Below are positions 7,799 to 15,281 of a stretch of DNA of 32,000 nucleotides, one piece after another. Under the pieces are notes generated by a model, which saw only the letters and a list, made by a program, of their open reading frames with translations, was not told where the DNA came from and did not search any database. Source of the DNA: Candidatus Methylomirabilis oxygeniifera (lineage in GTDB: Bacteria; Methylomirabilota; Methylomirabilia; Methylomirabilales; Methylomirabilaceae); contig FP565575.1 in NCBI GenBank assembly GCA_000091165.1, positions 2,580,001 through 2,612,000 of the forward strand, read 5' to 3'. A program made the position numbers and the translations under genes. Each line of letters starts with the position of its first letter. Position 1 is the stretch's first letter.

Positions 7799-10138
7799 AT
7801 GGAGACGACAACCGCCGACCAAAGCACATCGCGAGCCATGAAGGACCTCATGCAGCACGAGTGTACGGAATCGCAGCAGTCCCCCCTTCTCCCGCAAGCC
7901 AATCAGTATAAGACTCTTCGAATCGTCCTTATCAAACCCTCGCAATACGATGACGATGGATACGTGATCCGCTTTTGGAAAGCCGTGCTGCCCAGCAATA
8001 CTCTGAGCGTGCTCCAGGGCTTGACCGAAGATATCAAGAGGCGGCGCGTTTTTGGCGATATTACCATCCAGGTCGATACCTTTGATGAGGTAGCGGAAAA
8101 AGTCCCGGTGGCGCAGATCGCCAAATGGGATCGTCATCCTTCCACGAAGCTTGTGGTGTGCCTCGTCGGAGTCCAGACCCCCCAGTTCCCCAGGGCGCTC
8201 GAAATGGGGAAACAATTCCGCAAGTATGGGATTGACGTCATGATGGGCGGATTCCATACCAGCGGGACCATCAATATGCTTGGCGATCAGGGGTCGGACA
8301 TCCAGGAGCTTTATCGGGAATCGATCGTGGTTGTCTCCGGAGAGGTTGAAGGACATTGGGAGGGGATACTGGCCGATCTCCTCAACGGACAATTGAAACC
8401 CCTCTACTCCTTTGCGCAGAACCTGAAAGACCTTGTAAATATCGACAATGCCCCATTGCCCATCATCAGCCGCAAAACGATGAAGCACTTTGCCAGGCCC
8501 AATTTCGGGACCGTTGAAACATCTCGAGGCTGCCCATTTTCGTGCAGCTTTTGTACGATCATTAACGTGCAGGGTCGGATGATGCGTGAGCGCTCTCCGG
8601 AGGTCATCGCGGAGCTCGTTCGAAGAAATTACACCGAACATCAGATTGACTTTTACTTTTTCACTGACGATAACTTTGCCCGGAAGAAGTGGTGGCGCGA
8701 GACCTTTGAAGCGATCATCCGTCTGCGAGAGGAAGGGATCAAGATCTCCTTCATGATGCAGGTGGACCTGGCCCGTAAGCCGCAAGACTTCGTGCGTCTT
8801 GCAGCCGAGGCCGGCTGTACCCAGGTATTCGTCGGCATGGAGAGCGTCAATCCTGACAACATCAAAGCCCAAGGCAAGGGACAGAACAAGGTCGAGGAGT
8901 ATAGGGCTATTATCGGCGAGTGGCACGACGCCGGCGTCGCTGTTCACGTGGCCTATATTATCGGCATGCCCTTCGATACGAAGGCGCAGGTAGCCCTCGA
9001 CATGCAGTATCTTATTGATGAGATCCAACCGGATCAGGCCTCCTTCTTCATGCTGACACCGCTGCCGGGATCTCAGGATCACAAAGAAATGCAGCAACAG
9101 GGTGAGTGGATGGATCCCGATCTCAATAAGCGAGATTCTTTTCACGCCACAACCGCACACCCCAATATGACCTTCGAGGAATGGACCGCTGCGTATCAGG
9201 AGGCCTGGCGGGCGTTTTACAGTAAAGAGAATATGGCGAAGATCCTGGCGCGATGGCAGCACAACCCGAGGACGTACTGGAATCTCCTGAATGTCTACCT
9301 GTGGTACAAGAACGCGGCCCTGATCGAAAAGCAACATCCGATGGTGGCTGGATTTTTCCGCTTAAAGGACCGGCTAACGCGGAGACCGGGATGTTCGGTT
9401 GATCCGTTGCCGGTCCATCTCTGGAAGCGCACGAAAGAGGTGTACCGGCTGTTCGTGGCGTGGGCCCGATTCCTGAAGGAGATGGAAGAGGTCTGGCTTC
9501 AGTCCCGCCCTCGAACTGAAAGAGAAAGACGAGTCCTCGATGAGGTACAGCGGATCCAAGGAGAGATCTGGCAAACCCTAAAGGTTGCGGAGTGGCAAAA
9601 GGCGTATAGTGATGCCAAGGTGGCGCTGCCCTCCAAGGCTCGGGCCCTACTCGATCCCTTTGAAGAGCTCTCCTCCAAGATGTTGCTCAGTCGCAGGGAC
9701 CTGAATGTGTTCCTGAAGAAGTGGGGAAGCCTTCAGACCAAGATCCAGGCGCTGCGTCGCAGTTGGGTATGGGGGGACGGACCTGCCAAGAAATGGCTTG
9801 AGCAGCTCTATGCGCTCCATCGAGATGCCCGGCAGGGCATGAAGGTTCGTGAATGGCAAGAGGTCTACTCCGGCTTCAGGGGAAGGCTCCCATCACGACT
9901 GGATCTGCTCTATGCCAGGTTTGATGCGTTGAGCAACCGGATTGTCTGTTCCCGACAGGATCTTAGCGCGTGCTGGGCGAGAACACGGGGGCATCTTGGT
10001 GAAATGCGGATCTGGCATCTCCATCTCTCCGCGCTGGCGGTTGCCTGCTTTAAGGAGTTATTTCTGACAATGACATTCGCTCGGAGCCTCTTTGCATCGA
10101 TTCGCCAAAAAGGCAAGGATACTACAGCATCGACTTGA
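7799..10138 (+). CDS. B12-binding-domain radical SAM protein (class B-like) with long helical C-terminal extension
   Basis: CX3CX2C at 8531-8554 (TSRGCPFSCSFCTI). N-terminal Rossmann-like region (LRIVLIKPSQYDDDGY...) typical of the cobalamin-binding-like domain. ATG 7799 with a GGAGAA RBS; the ORF track starts earlier at 7754. The C-terminal ~200 aa contains a duplicated module. Confidence 0.85.
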   Translation: METTTADQSTSRAMKDLMQHECTESQQSPLLPQANQYKTLRIVLIKPSQYDDDGYVIRFWKAVLPSNTLSVLQGLTEDIKRRRVFGDITIQVDTFDEVAEKVPVAQIAKWDRHPSTKLVVCLVGVQTPQFPRALEMGKQFRKYGIDVMMGGFHTSGTINMLGDQGSDIQELYRESIVVVSGEVEGHWEGILADLLNGQLKPLYSFAQNLKDLVNIDNAPLPIISRKTMKHFARPNFGTVETSRGCPFSCSFCTIINVQGRMMRERSPEVIAELVRRNYTEHQIDFYFFTDDNFARKKWWRETFEAIIRLREEGIKISFMMQVDLARKPQDFVRLAAEAGCTQVFVGMESVNPDNIKAQGKGQNKVEEYRAIIGEWHDAGVAVHVAYIIGMPFDTKAQVALDMQYLIDEIQPDQASFFMLTPLPGSQDHKEMQQQGEWMDPDLNKRDSFHATTAHPNMTFEEWTAAYQEAWRAFYSKENMAKILARWQHNPRTYWNLLNVYLWYKNAALIEKQHPMVAGFFRLKDRLTRRPGCSVDPLPVHLWKRTKEVYRLFVAWARFLKEMEEVWLQSRPRTERERRVLDEVQRIQGEIWQTLKVAEWQKAYSDAKVALPSKARALLDPFEELSSKMLLSRRDLNVFLKKWGSLQTKIQALRRSWVWGDGPAKKWLEQLYALHRDARQGMKVREWQEVYSGFRGRLPSRLDLLYARFDALSNRIVCSRQDLSACWARTRGHLGEMRIWHLHLSALAVACFKELFLTMTFARSLFASIRQKGKDTTAST

Positions 10139-10167
10139 TGTACGCAGCAAGTCGAATATATAAAAAA

Positions 10168-10200
10168 GCCCCCGCGTAGGAATTTCGCGGGGGCTTTTCT
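10168..10200. terminator. Bidirectional rho-independent terminator between convergent genes
   Basis: GCCCCCGCG (10168-10176), 9-nt loop, CGCGGGGGC (10186-10194). Flanked by AAAAAA upstream and TTTTCT downstream. Confidence 0.75.
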
Positions 10201-10208
10201 CATTCTTC

Positions 10209-10243
10209 GCTGAAAGCTGTCTGCTGACAGCCGACAGCTTAGT
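10209..10243. repeat. 7-nt-period array, GCTGA flavour
   Basis: GCTGAAA GCTGTCT GCTGACA GCCGACA GCTTAGT. Includes the stop codon (10239-10241) of the Tim44-like gene. Confidence 0.85.
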
Positions 10244-11219
10244 TGTCTGCCTGATTGATGGCCGCAAGCCGCCAGGGGTTCGGTCCTACCGGGCGCGTCA
10301 CGGTCCAGTATTCCTCAAACTTCACAGGGTCGGTGCGACTGCCGTCCACTACCTGAGACGTCCCCTCATCCACCGTGTAATCGAGGAGATTCGCCAAAAA
10401 CCGCACAGTCACATAATCCTGTCCCTGCTCCTGCCACGCTTCAGTCAGTTCGACGGAGCGAACCGCGATATTTTCGAGGCGATTGATCTTCCGTTCGTTC
10501 CTCAGCCGCATCACATCGGCGCCAAGCTGAGTGTGCATCTCTGGCGTGAGGATCGTGCGGATCGGTTCAAGATCGCGATTCCCCCAAGCCGCCTGAACCT
10601 TGAAGAAGAGATCGGTGCATATCTCTCTGAGGCGTCCTGTCTCAAAACCAGGGTCCATCTGGCGAATGTGGGCCATCCCCTGGTCCAGATCGCCTTCTTG
10701 GACCATTGTTGCTTGGCCGGCCGCCGCCCCCTGGTAGCGTTCGGGCTCACGTTCAGCCGACCACGTACGCTGATGCTGATATGGCGCTTCGATGAGGGCC
10801 GGCCGCGATCTCTGCTTCACCACCCAGTAGATCGCCAAGCCGATCCCGCCCAGGATCACCAGGTCCATCAAACCGAATCCTCCGCCCATGCCGCCAAAGC
10901 CGGCGAAGCCTAAGCTCCGAAACAACATGCCGCCGAGAAGTCCGCCAAGCAGGCCTCCAGCCATGCTCCGCATAAATCCACCTCCTCCGAATGGGGAGGA
11001 CGCCGGGGCTGCGAGGGGGGATTGCGTCTCAGGTCGTGGCTGGGATGGCGTTGTCGGTCTAGAGTAGTTACGGCTTGGGCTGGAGTAGCTGCGAAAGCCA
11101 CGACTTCCAAAGCTGCGGCCGCCGCCTGCCCTCGCCCATGCGTCGAACTCAGTGGCCAGCAGCGTGAAGACCACCGCAAGAATGATGAACCCTAAGCACT
11201 GTCCGTATTTCCGTGTCAT
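10239..11219 (-). CDS. Tim44-like domain protein with N-terminal TM/signal segment and Gly-rich linker
   Basis: I prefer the ATG at 11219 (GGAGGAGG RBS 5 nt upstream). Hydrophobic N-terminus, a low-complexity GGGRSFGSRGFRSYSS...GGLLGGLLGGMLF region, a second TM segment, then a C-terminal ~150 aa resembling the Tim44/MBA1-type domain. Family call is from memory of domain architecture. Confidence 0.6.
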   Translation of the reverse strand: MTRKYGQCLGFIILAVVFTLLATEFDAWARAGGGRSFGSRGFRSYSSPSRNYSRPTTPSQPRPETQSPLAAPASSPFGGGGFMRSMAGGLLGGLLGGMLFRSLGFAGFGGMGGGFGLMDLVILGGIGLAIYWVVKQRSRPALIEAPYQHQRTWSAEREPERYQGAAAGQATMVQEGDLDQGMAHIRQMDPGFETGRLREICTDLFFKVQAAWGNRDLEPIRTILTPEMHTQLGADVMRLRNERKINRLENIAVRSVELTEAWQEQGQDYVTVRFLANLLDYTVDEGTSQVVDGSRTDPVKFEEYWTVTRPVGPNPWRLAAINQADN

Positions 11220-11279
11220 ACAACCTCCTCCCGTTGCTGAACCCCACACCGTGGGCCTTAATCTTCAGACCCTTCGTTC

Positions 11280-11308
11280 ATTATCAGTGATCCTTCCCAG
11301 GGGTGCAA
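11280..11308 (-). promoter_or_regulatory. Candidate sigma70 promoter of the Tim44-like gene
   Basis: Minus strand TTGCAC (11308-11303), 17-nt spacer, GATAAT (11285-11280). Motif match only. Confidence 0.4.
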
Positions 11309-11355
11309 GCAAAAAGCGGTCCCCCAAGAACAGCGATAGAAATGCCTAGCATCCA

Positions 11356-11384
11356 CCACCAATACCCGTTATGGGTATTGGTGG
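11356..11384. repeat. Perfect 12-bp inverted repeat (hairpin or operator)
   Basis: CCACCAATACCC (11356-11367), loop GTTAT, GGGTATTGGTGG (11373-11384). A T-rich run (TTATTTT) follows only on the plus strand, where no gene ends. Confidence 0.8.
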
Positions 11385-11440
11385 TTATTTTGGACAACAG
11401 TAAAGTTGCATAGAGACTTCGCCCTTTATGCTTCGACAAC

Positions 11441-11468
11441 TAGGGCATAGGGTGTAGGGGGTAGGGTG
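11441..11468. repeat. 7-nt-period array (TAGGGNN)x4
   Basis: TAGGGCA TAGGGTG TAGGGGG TAGGGTG. Four G3+ tracts on the plus strand. Confidence 0.9.
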
Positions 11469-11497
11469 TGCGATAAGTGCCGGACATTGGCTTTCCT

Positions 11498-11518
11498 CCC
11501 AATCCCTATACCCTGTCT
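11498..11518. repeat. 7-nt-period array, complement flavour (CCTATAC)
   Basis: CCCAATC CCTATAC CCTGTCT, abutting the xerD stop codon. Can pair with 11441-11468. Confidence 0.75.
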
Positions 11519-12406
11519 TTATGCCCGCGGATGGTAGCGGTTGTAGACCGTCTTCAGGTGCGCCCTGGAGACGTGTGTGTAGATCTGTGTCGTCGAGATA
11601 TCGGCATGACCCAACATCATCTGGACTGCCCGGAGGTCGGCGCCGCGCTCGAGCAGGTGCGTGGCAAATGAATGGCGAAGCGTGTGGGGGGTGACTCGCC
11701 GGTCAATCCCCGCCGCTATCGCATACGCGCGGAGGAGCTTCCAGAAACCTTGGCGCGTCAACGGGTACCCGAAGCGATTGAGGAACAGTGTAGAGCTTGA
11801 CCATCCTCTTTGAAGATATGGCCGTGATGTCTCAAGATACCGGCGAACTGCCGTCTGGGCATCGCGCCCTAACGGCACCACGCGGTCTTTCCCGCCCTTG
11901 CCTTGACAATGCACATAGCCCACCTCCAGGTCTACTTCGGACAGCCGGAGAGTCACCATCTCCGATACGCGCAGGCCGGCCGCGTACAACAGTTCCAGCA
12001 TGGCCTTGTCACGAAGACCCAGAGGATTGCTGGTGAGCGGCGCCGCCAGCAGTCGCTCCACCTCCTCCTGGCTCAGCACGCCGGGCAGACGCACCCAGGG
12101 ACTCGACGACTCGAGGTGCGCGGTAGGATCCTCTTTTACATGATCCTGCGTCAGCAGGTACCGGTATAGACCCCGCAGCGACGAGGTGTGGCGCGAGACC
12201 GTGCGGGGCGCCAGCCCCGCCTCTCGAAGCGTTAAGAGCAGGCGCGCAACCTGCCCGCGGCTGACCTCCCGGAATGAACCGACCCCGCCCTGCTTGAAGT
12301 AGCCGACTATCCGGCGCAGGTCCCTCCCATACGCCGCCAGACTGTTCTCTGCCAGCCCCTTCTCGACCGCCAGATACCTCAAGTAGTCCTCGATCAGATT
12401 GTCCAT
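11519..12406 (-). CDS. xerD: Site-specific tyrosine recombinase XerD
   Basis: 295 aa. N-terminal LAVEKGLAENSLAAYGRDL (XerD-type SAM-like domain). Catalytic region ...LYAAGLRVSE..., HTLRHSFATHLL, LGHADISTTQIYTHV. Confidence 0.8.
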   Translation of the reverse strand: MDNLIEDYLRYLAVEKGLAENSLAAYGRDLRRIVGYFKQGGVGSFREVSRGQVARLLLTLREAGLAPRTVSRHTSSLRGLYRYLLTQDHVKEDPTAHLESSSPWVRLPGVLSQEEVERLLAAPLTSNPLGLRDKAMLELLYAAGLRVSEMVTLRLSEVDLEVGYVHCQGKGGKDRVVPLGRDAQTAVRRYLETSRPYLQRGWSSSTLFLNRFGYPLTRQGFWKLLRAYAIAAGIDRRVTPHTLRHSFATHLLERGADLRAVQMMLGHADISTTQIYTHVSRAHLKTVYNRYHPRA

Positions 12407-13629
12407 GATGAGCCAGGGTGTAGGGTGTAGGGTGTAGGGTGTAGGAGCTGCTCATAAGCTTCAACGAGCTGAATGGCCGAGGCTTCGGCTGTCATCTGCA
12501 TCGCCTTCACCAGGCCCTGCTCGGCGTAGCGAGTCAGGCTTGTCCCATCGTGAAGCAGCGTGAGCAAGCGCCGGATGAAATCGTCCTCGGCGTCATTGGC
12601 CAGCGCTCCATTCGTCCCATCGACGATGAAATCTGAGGTGCCGACAGACCGAACCGCCAGCACAGGGAGCCCGTGCGCCATCGCCTCCAACACAACCAGG
12701 CCCTGGGTCTCTGAAACCGACGGAAAGACAAAAAGGTCCGAAGCCCGATACCAGCAGCCCACAGCCTGATGCGGGACCGGGCCCACGAATCGGACGTGGT
12801 CGGCGACTCCTAGATGGGCAGCCAGTTGCTGCAATGAGTGCTGCTCATCCCCCTCCCCGACTACCAATAGTGTGATGTCGGGCACAACCCGAGTGACGCT
12901 ATGGACCGCCCGCAAGAGCCGCCCGAGATTCTTTTCCCTGGCCAGCCGCCCCACGTACAGGAGGATCGGCCCGACCTCCGACACGCCTAGGCGGCGCCGA
13001 ATCTGGGCCTTCGATTCCTCCGACTCCCCCGGCGGCTCGATCCCTGTTGGAATGACTTCAATGGGAGCGGTGACCCCGCGGTTCCACAGTCGCTCCCGCA
13101 CCCCTGACGTCGGCGCGATGACCAGATCGGCCTGGTTGGCGAAGACGTAGCTCCTGGTCTCCGCGAGCCGGGCAGCCAGGGACGAGATGACCGGCAGGTA
13201 ATGGGCATAATGCTCATACAGTGTATGGTAGGTGAACACAAATGGGATTCCCAGTCGGCGGGCCAGTCGGCGGGCGTAGGGCCCGACAAGAAACGGGTGG
13301 TGGGTGTGGATGATCTGGAGACCAAGACGTGGAATCAGACGATGGAGTCCCACGGCGACGGCTGGGATCGGTAAGGCATAGCGGTGATGGGTCGGCACGC
13401 GCAACGATGGGAACCGGTAGGTATCGGGCTCCACATCTCGGCAGTCGGGGTAACGCGGCGCAAAGACGAAGACCCGATGGCCAAGCCGACGCAGGTGACA
13501 CGCGAATTGTTGAATAGAGACAGCGAGACCGTTGAGCAGTGGCGAGGCGTTGCAGGTGAAAAATCCGATCGTCACCGAAGTTCCGGGTTTCGGGTTTTGC
13601 GTTTCGGGTTGACTCGAAACTCTGGACAC
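12394..13629 (-). CDS. Family 4 glycosyltransferase (GT4, UGDG-like)
   Basis: IGFFT...GV, FVFTYHTLYEHYAHYLP, GRLAREKN, and an E-x7-E region (FPSVSETQGLVVLEAMAHGLPV). The first 18 codons and last ~15 codons are encoded by heptamer arrays. The true start may be the GTG at 13575. The 3' end overlaps xerD by 13 nt. Confidence 0.85.
   Translation of the reverse strand: MSRVSSQPETQNPKPGTSVTIGFFTCNASPLLNGLAVSIQQFACHLRRLGHRVFVFAPRYPDCRDVEPDTYRFPSLRVPTHHRYALPIPAVAVGLHRLIPRLGLQIIHTHHPFLVGPYARRLARRLGIPFVFTYHTLYEHYAHYLPVISSLAARLAETRSYVFANQADLVIAPTSGVRERLWNRGVTAPIEVIPTGIEPPGESEESKAQIRRRLGVSEVGPILLYVGRLAREKNLGRLLRAVHSVTRVVPDITLLVVGEGDEQHSLQQLAAHLGVADHVRFVGPVPHQAVGCWYRASDLFVFPSVSETQGLVVLEAMAHGLPVLAVRSVGTSDFIVDGTNGALANDAEDDFIRRLLTLLHDGTSLTRYAEQGLVKAMQMTAEASAIQLVEAYEQLLHPTPYTLHPGSSWTI
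12415..12445. repeat. Perfect (AGGGTGT)x4.4 tandem array
   Basis: Units at 12415, 12422, 12429 and 12436 plus AGG. Lies inside the last codons of the GT4 ORF and 9 nt upstream of the xerD ATG. Confidence 0.95.
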
Positions 13630-13643
13630 GCAACTCGAAACTT
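13581..13643. repeat. 7-nt-period array, TTTCGGG / GAAACTC flavours
   Basis: TTCCGGG TTTCGGG TTTTGCG TTTCGGG TTGACTC GAAACTC TGGACAC GCAACTC GAAACTT. Spans the whole GT2-GT4 junction up to the GT2 stop codon. Confidence 0.9.
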
Positions 13644-15217
13644 CATTTGCGGGTAGTCTCCGTATGCGTGATGGAGATGCCCAGGGCCAGGCGAGCCTGC
13701 ATGTAAAGCTGTGCCGTGGCCATCAGGACATAGTTGTGCAGGTTGACCGGCGTGAAGGTAAGGCGAGACCACTCAAAAAGTTTCCTGGCCTGCCGCCAAC
13801 GGTGAGGCGGTTGCTGATGAATGATCGGCTTCAGCGTGTGGGGGACCAGCACCATGCTCAGGAGCATCGAAGCGGTCAGTACAATCGTCTGGAACTGGAG
13901 ATTAAAAGCGGCGAGCGGACTCACGCACAGGCTTTTGCTCCCGATCCGTAAGGCGAGTACATCGGGCGAAAGGAATACCTGAAACGGCCACAACTCTCTG
14001 ACGCAGGGGCTGATCCAGGAGATCAGAATCAGTTGCGCCGGCAAAAAGACCATAAGGGGCGGCATGGCGTTGGCAAATAGCGCTCGAAGCGCCAGGAATA
14101 ACCTTCGCTTGAGCAGCGGCACCCGCACGTCGTCAAATCTTCGCGCATAATTGACGACGAATTTGACGTCTACGGCGCCGCGGGCCCAACGGGCGATCTG
14201 GCTCCACGACTCTCTGGTGGTGAGCGGCGCCTGTCCCCAGGTCGGCATTTTGATAGGGGCGACGCGAAACCCTTCCATCACGACCTTGTACCTGAACTGC
14301 ATATCCTCGTTGTGACGATTCGGTTCAAAGTAGTCCACCGCGCGGAAATCACGGAAGGGGAGGCTTGTTCCCGGACCCAGGACCAGATAGTCGCCGGTAG
14401 TCTGCATCTTTCCCAACTGATACAGAACGAACCCGGAGTTGTGCAGGCGAGGCAGCATCGGCACCTTCCAGTAGTTCGAGGTGTAGGTGGTCAGTGACTG
14501 CAGGACGACCCCTCGGTCCCCCCTGGTCATCGCGCGTTCCGCTTCCTGCCGATGGCTATGCTCCCGGAAGGCAAGATCCTGTGGATGCAGAATTGTGTCG
14601 GCATCGATGATCAGAATCTTCAGATTCTCATCCCGCAGCGTCCCGTCATCGATCAGCCGCGCGAGATACCGGCCTGCTGTACTGATCGACGTTGCCTTGC
14701 ATCTGTTCATGATCCCGTCGGTGGGATAGGTGAGCAGTCGGATTCTGAAGGTCTGCTCAAACGTCGGGATGAGATCGTCCAGCGCTTGAAGCGTCTCTCC
14801 ATCTTCCGCTTCCACGATCGGTATCAGGGTGATGTGCCCGTGCGGGTAGCGCTGCCGCTCGATCGAACGCATCGCCTGAAACAGCACGCGGCGGTTACTC
14901 TCCCGCTTCAAAGGCATGAGGATCGCATAATGACTGAAGGGGCGGCCGGAGGTATCGAGCCTGCTGTGCCAGTCGGTCTCCATGTTGGTCAGCAGCTCCT
15001 GTCGCGTCTTGTGGGCGCGGACCTGATTGATGATCAGGTAGCCGATCCAGATGGTGATAACGGCAAATCGAAAGACCTCGGCCCAAAACGGATCGTCAGG
15101 AAGATATCGGAGGAGCGGGTAGATTGAGAGGAGCAGAAGGGTCGTAAGAATAGGAAGAATATCTAAGGCCCGCTCGAACACTCGGGCTGTAAAAGTGGGG
15201 TTACTGCTGTACGTCAT
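13643..15217 (-). CDS. Integral-membrane family 2 glycosyltransferase (processive type, QxxRW)
   Basis: ILMPLKRE, IIDADT (DxD), NEDMQF and QIARWARG motifs in the canonical GT2 order. TM helices at both ends. I prefer the ATG at 15217 (GGGAG RBS) over 15268. Confidence 0.7.
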   Translation of the reverse strand: MTYSSNPTFTARVFERALDILPILTTLLLLSIYPLLRYLPDDPFWAEVFRFAVITIWIGYLIINQVRAHKTRQELLTNMETDWHSRLDTSGRPFSHYAILMPLKRESNRRVLFQAMRSIERQRYPHGHITLIPIVEAEDGETLQALDDLIPTFEQTFRIRLLTYPTDGIMNRCKATSISTAGRYLARLIDDGTLRDENLKILIIDADTILHPQDLAFREHSHRQEAERAMTRGDRGVVLQSLTTYTSNYWKVPMLPRLHNSGFVLYQLGKMQTTGDYLVLGPGTSLPFRDFRAVDYFEPNRHNEDMQFRYKVVMEGFRVAPIKMPTWGQAPLTTRESWSQIARWARGAVDVKFVVNYARRFDDVRVPLLKRRLFLALRALFANAMPPLMVFLPAQLILISWISPCVRELWPFQVFLSPDVLALRIGSKSLCVSPLAAFNLQFQTIVLTASMLLSMVLVPHTLKPIIHQQPPHRWRQARKLFEWSRLTFTPVNLHNYVLMATAQLYMQARLALGISITHTETTRK

Positions 15218-15281
15218 TGTATGCTCCCAGGTGGAATTTCTACACGAGTCACGGCGGGGTGTCAACACCTTGCCGCTGATG

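Noticed and set aside
7730-9337. 535-aa ORF antisense to the radical SAM gene
   Set aside because: Its codons are exactly in register with the sense codons (both have lowest coordinate mod 3 = 2). Stops can therefore arise only where the sense strand uses TTA, CTA or TCA, which this gene avoids. The sense frame carries the CX3CX2C motif, RBS, promoter and terminator. The antisense product has no recognisable motif. This is a shadow ORF.
11441-11468. Heptamer arrays considered as CRISPR or as telomere-like/coding repeats
   Set aside because: Units are 7 nt and contiguous without spacers. There are no cas genes, and arrays are only 21-63 nt long. The period is not a multiple of 3 and the arrays sit at gene junctions. 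So this is neither CRISPR nor a protein repeat.
11441-12445. xerD plus flanking direct repeats as an integrative mobile element
   Set aside because: The protein has the housekeeping XerD N-terminal signature and size. There is no tRNA, att-like longer repeat, excisionase, or phage or plasmid gene nearby. The flanking arrays belong to the window-wide heptamer family. I kept this as a structural curiosity (see findings) but not as a mobile-element call.
12009-12464. 151-aa minus-strand ORF starting in the (AGGGTGT) array and overlapping xerD
   Set aside because: It is out of frame with the well-supported xerD. Its N-terminus (…SYTLHPTPYTL…) is just translated repeat, and the remainder is Gly/Arg/Ala-rich off-frame sequence.
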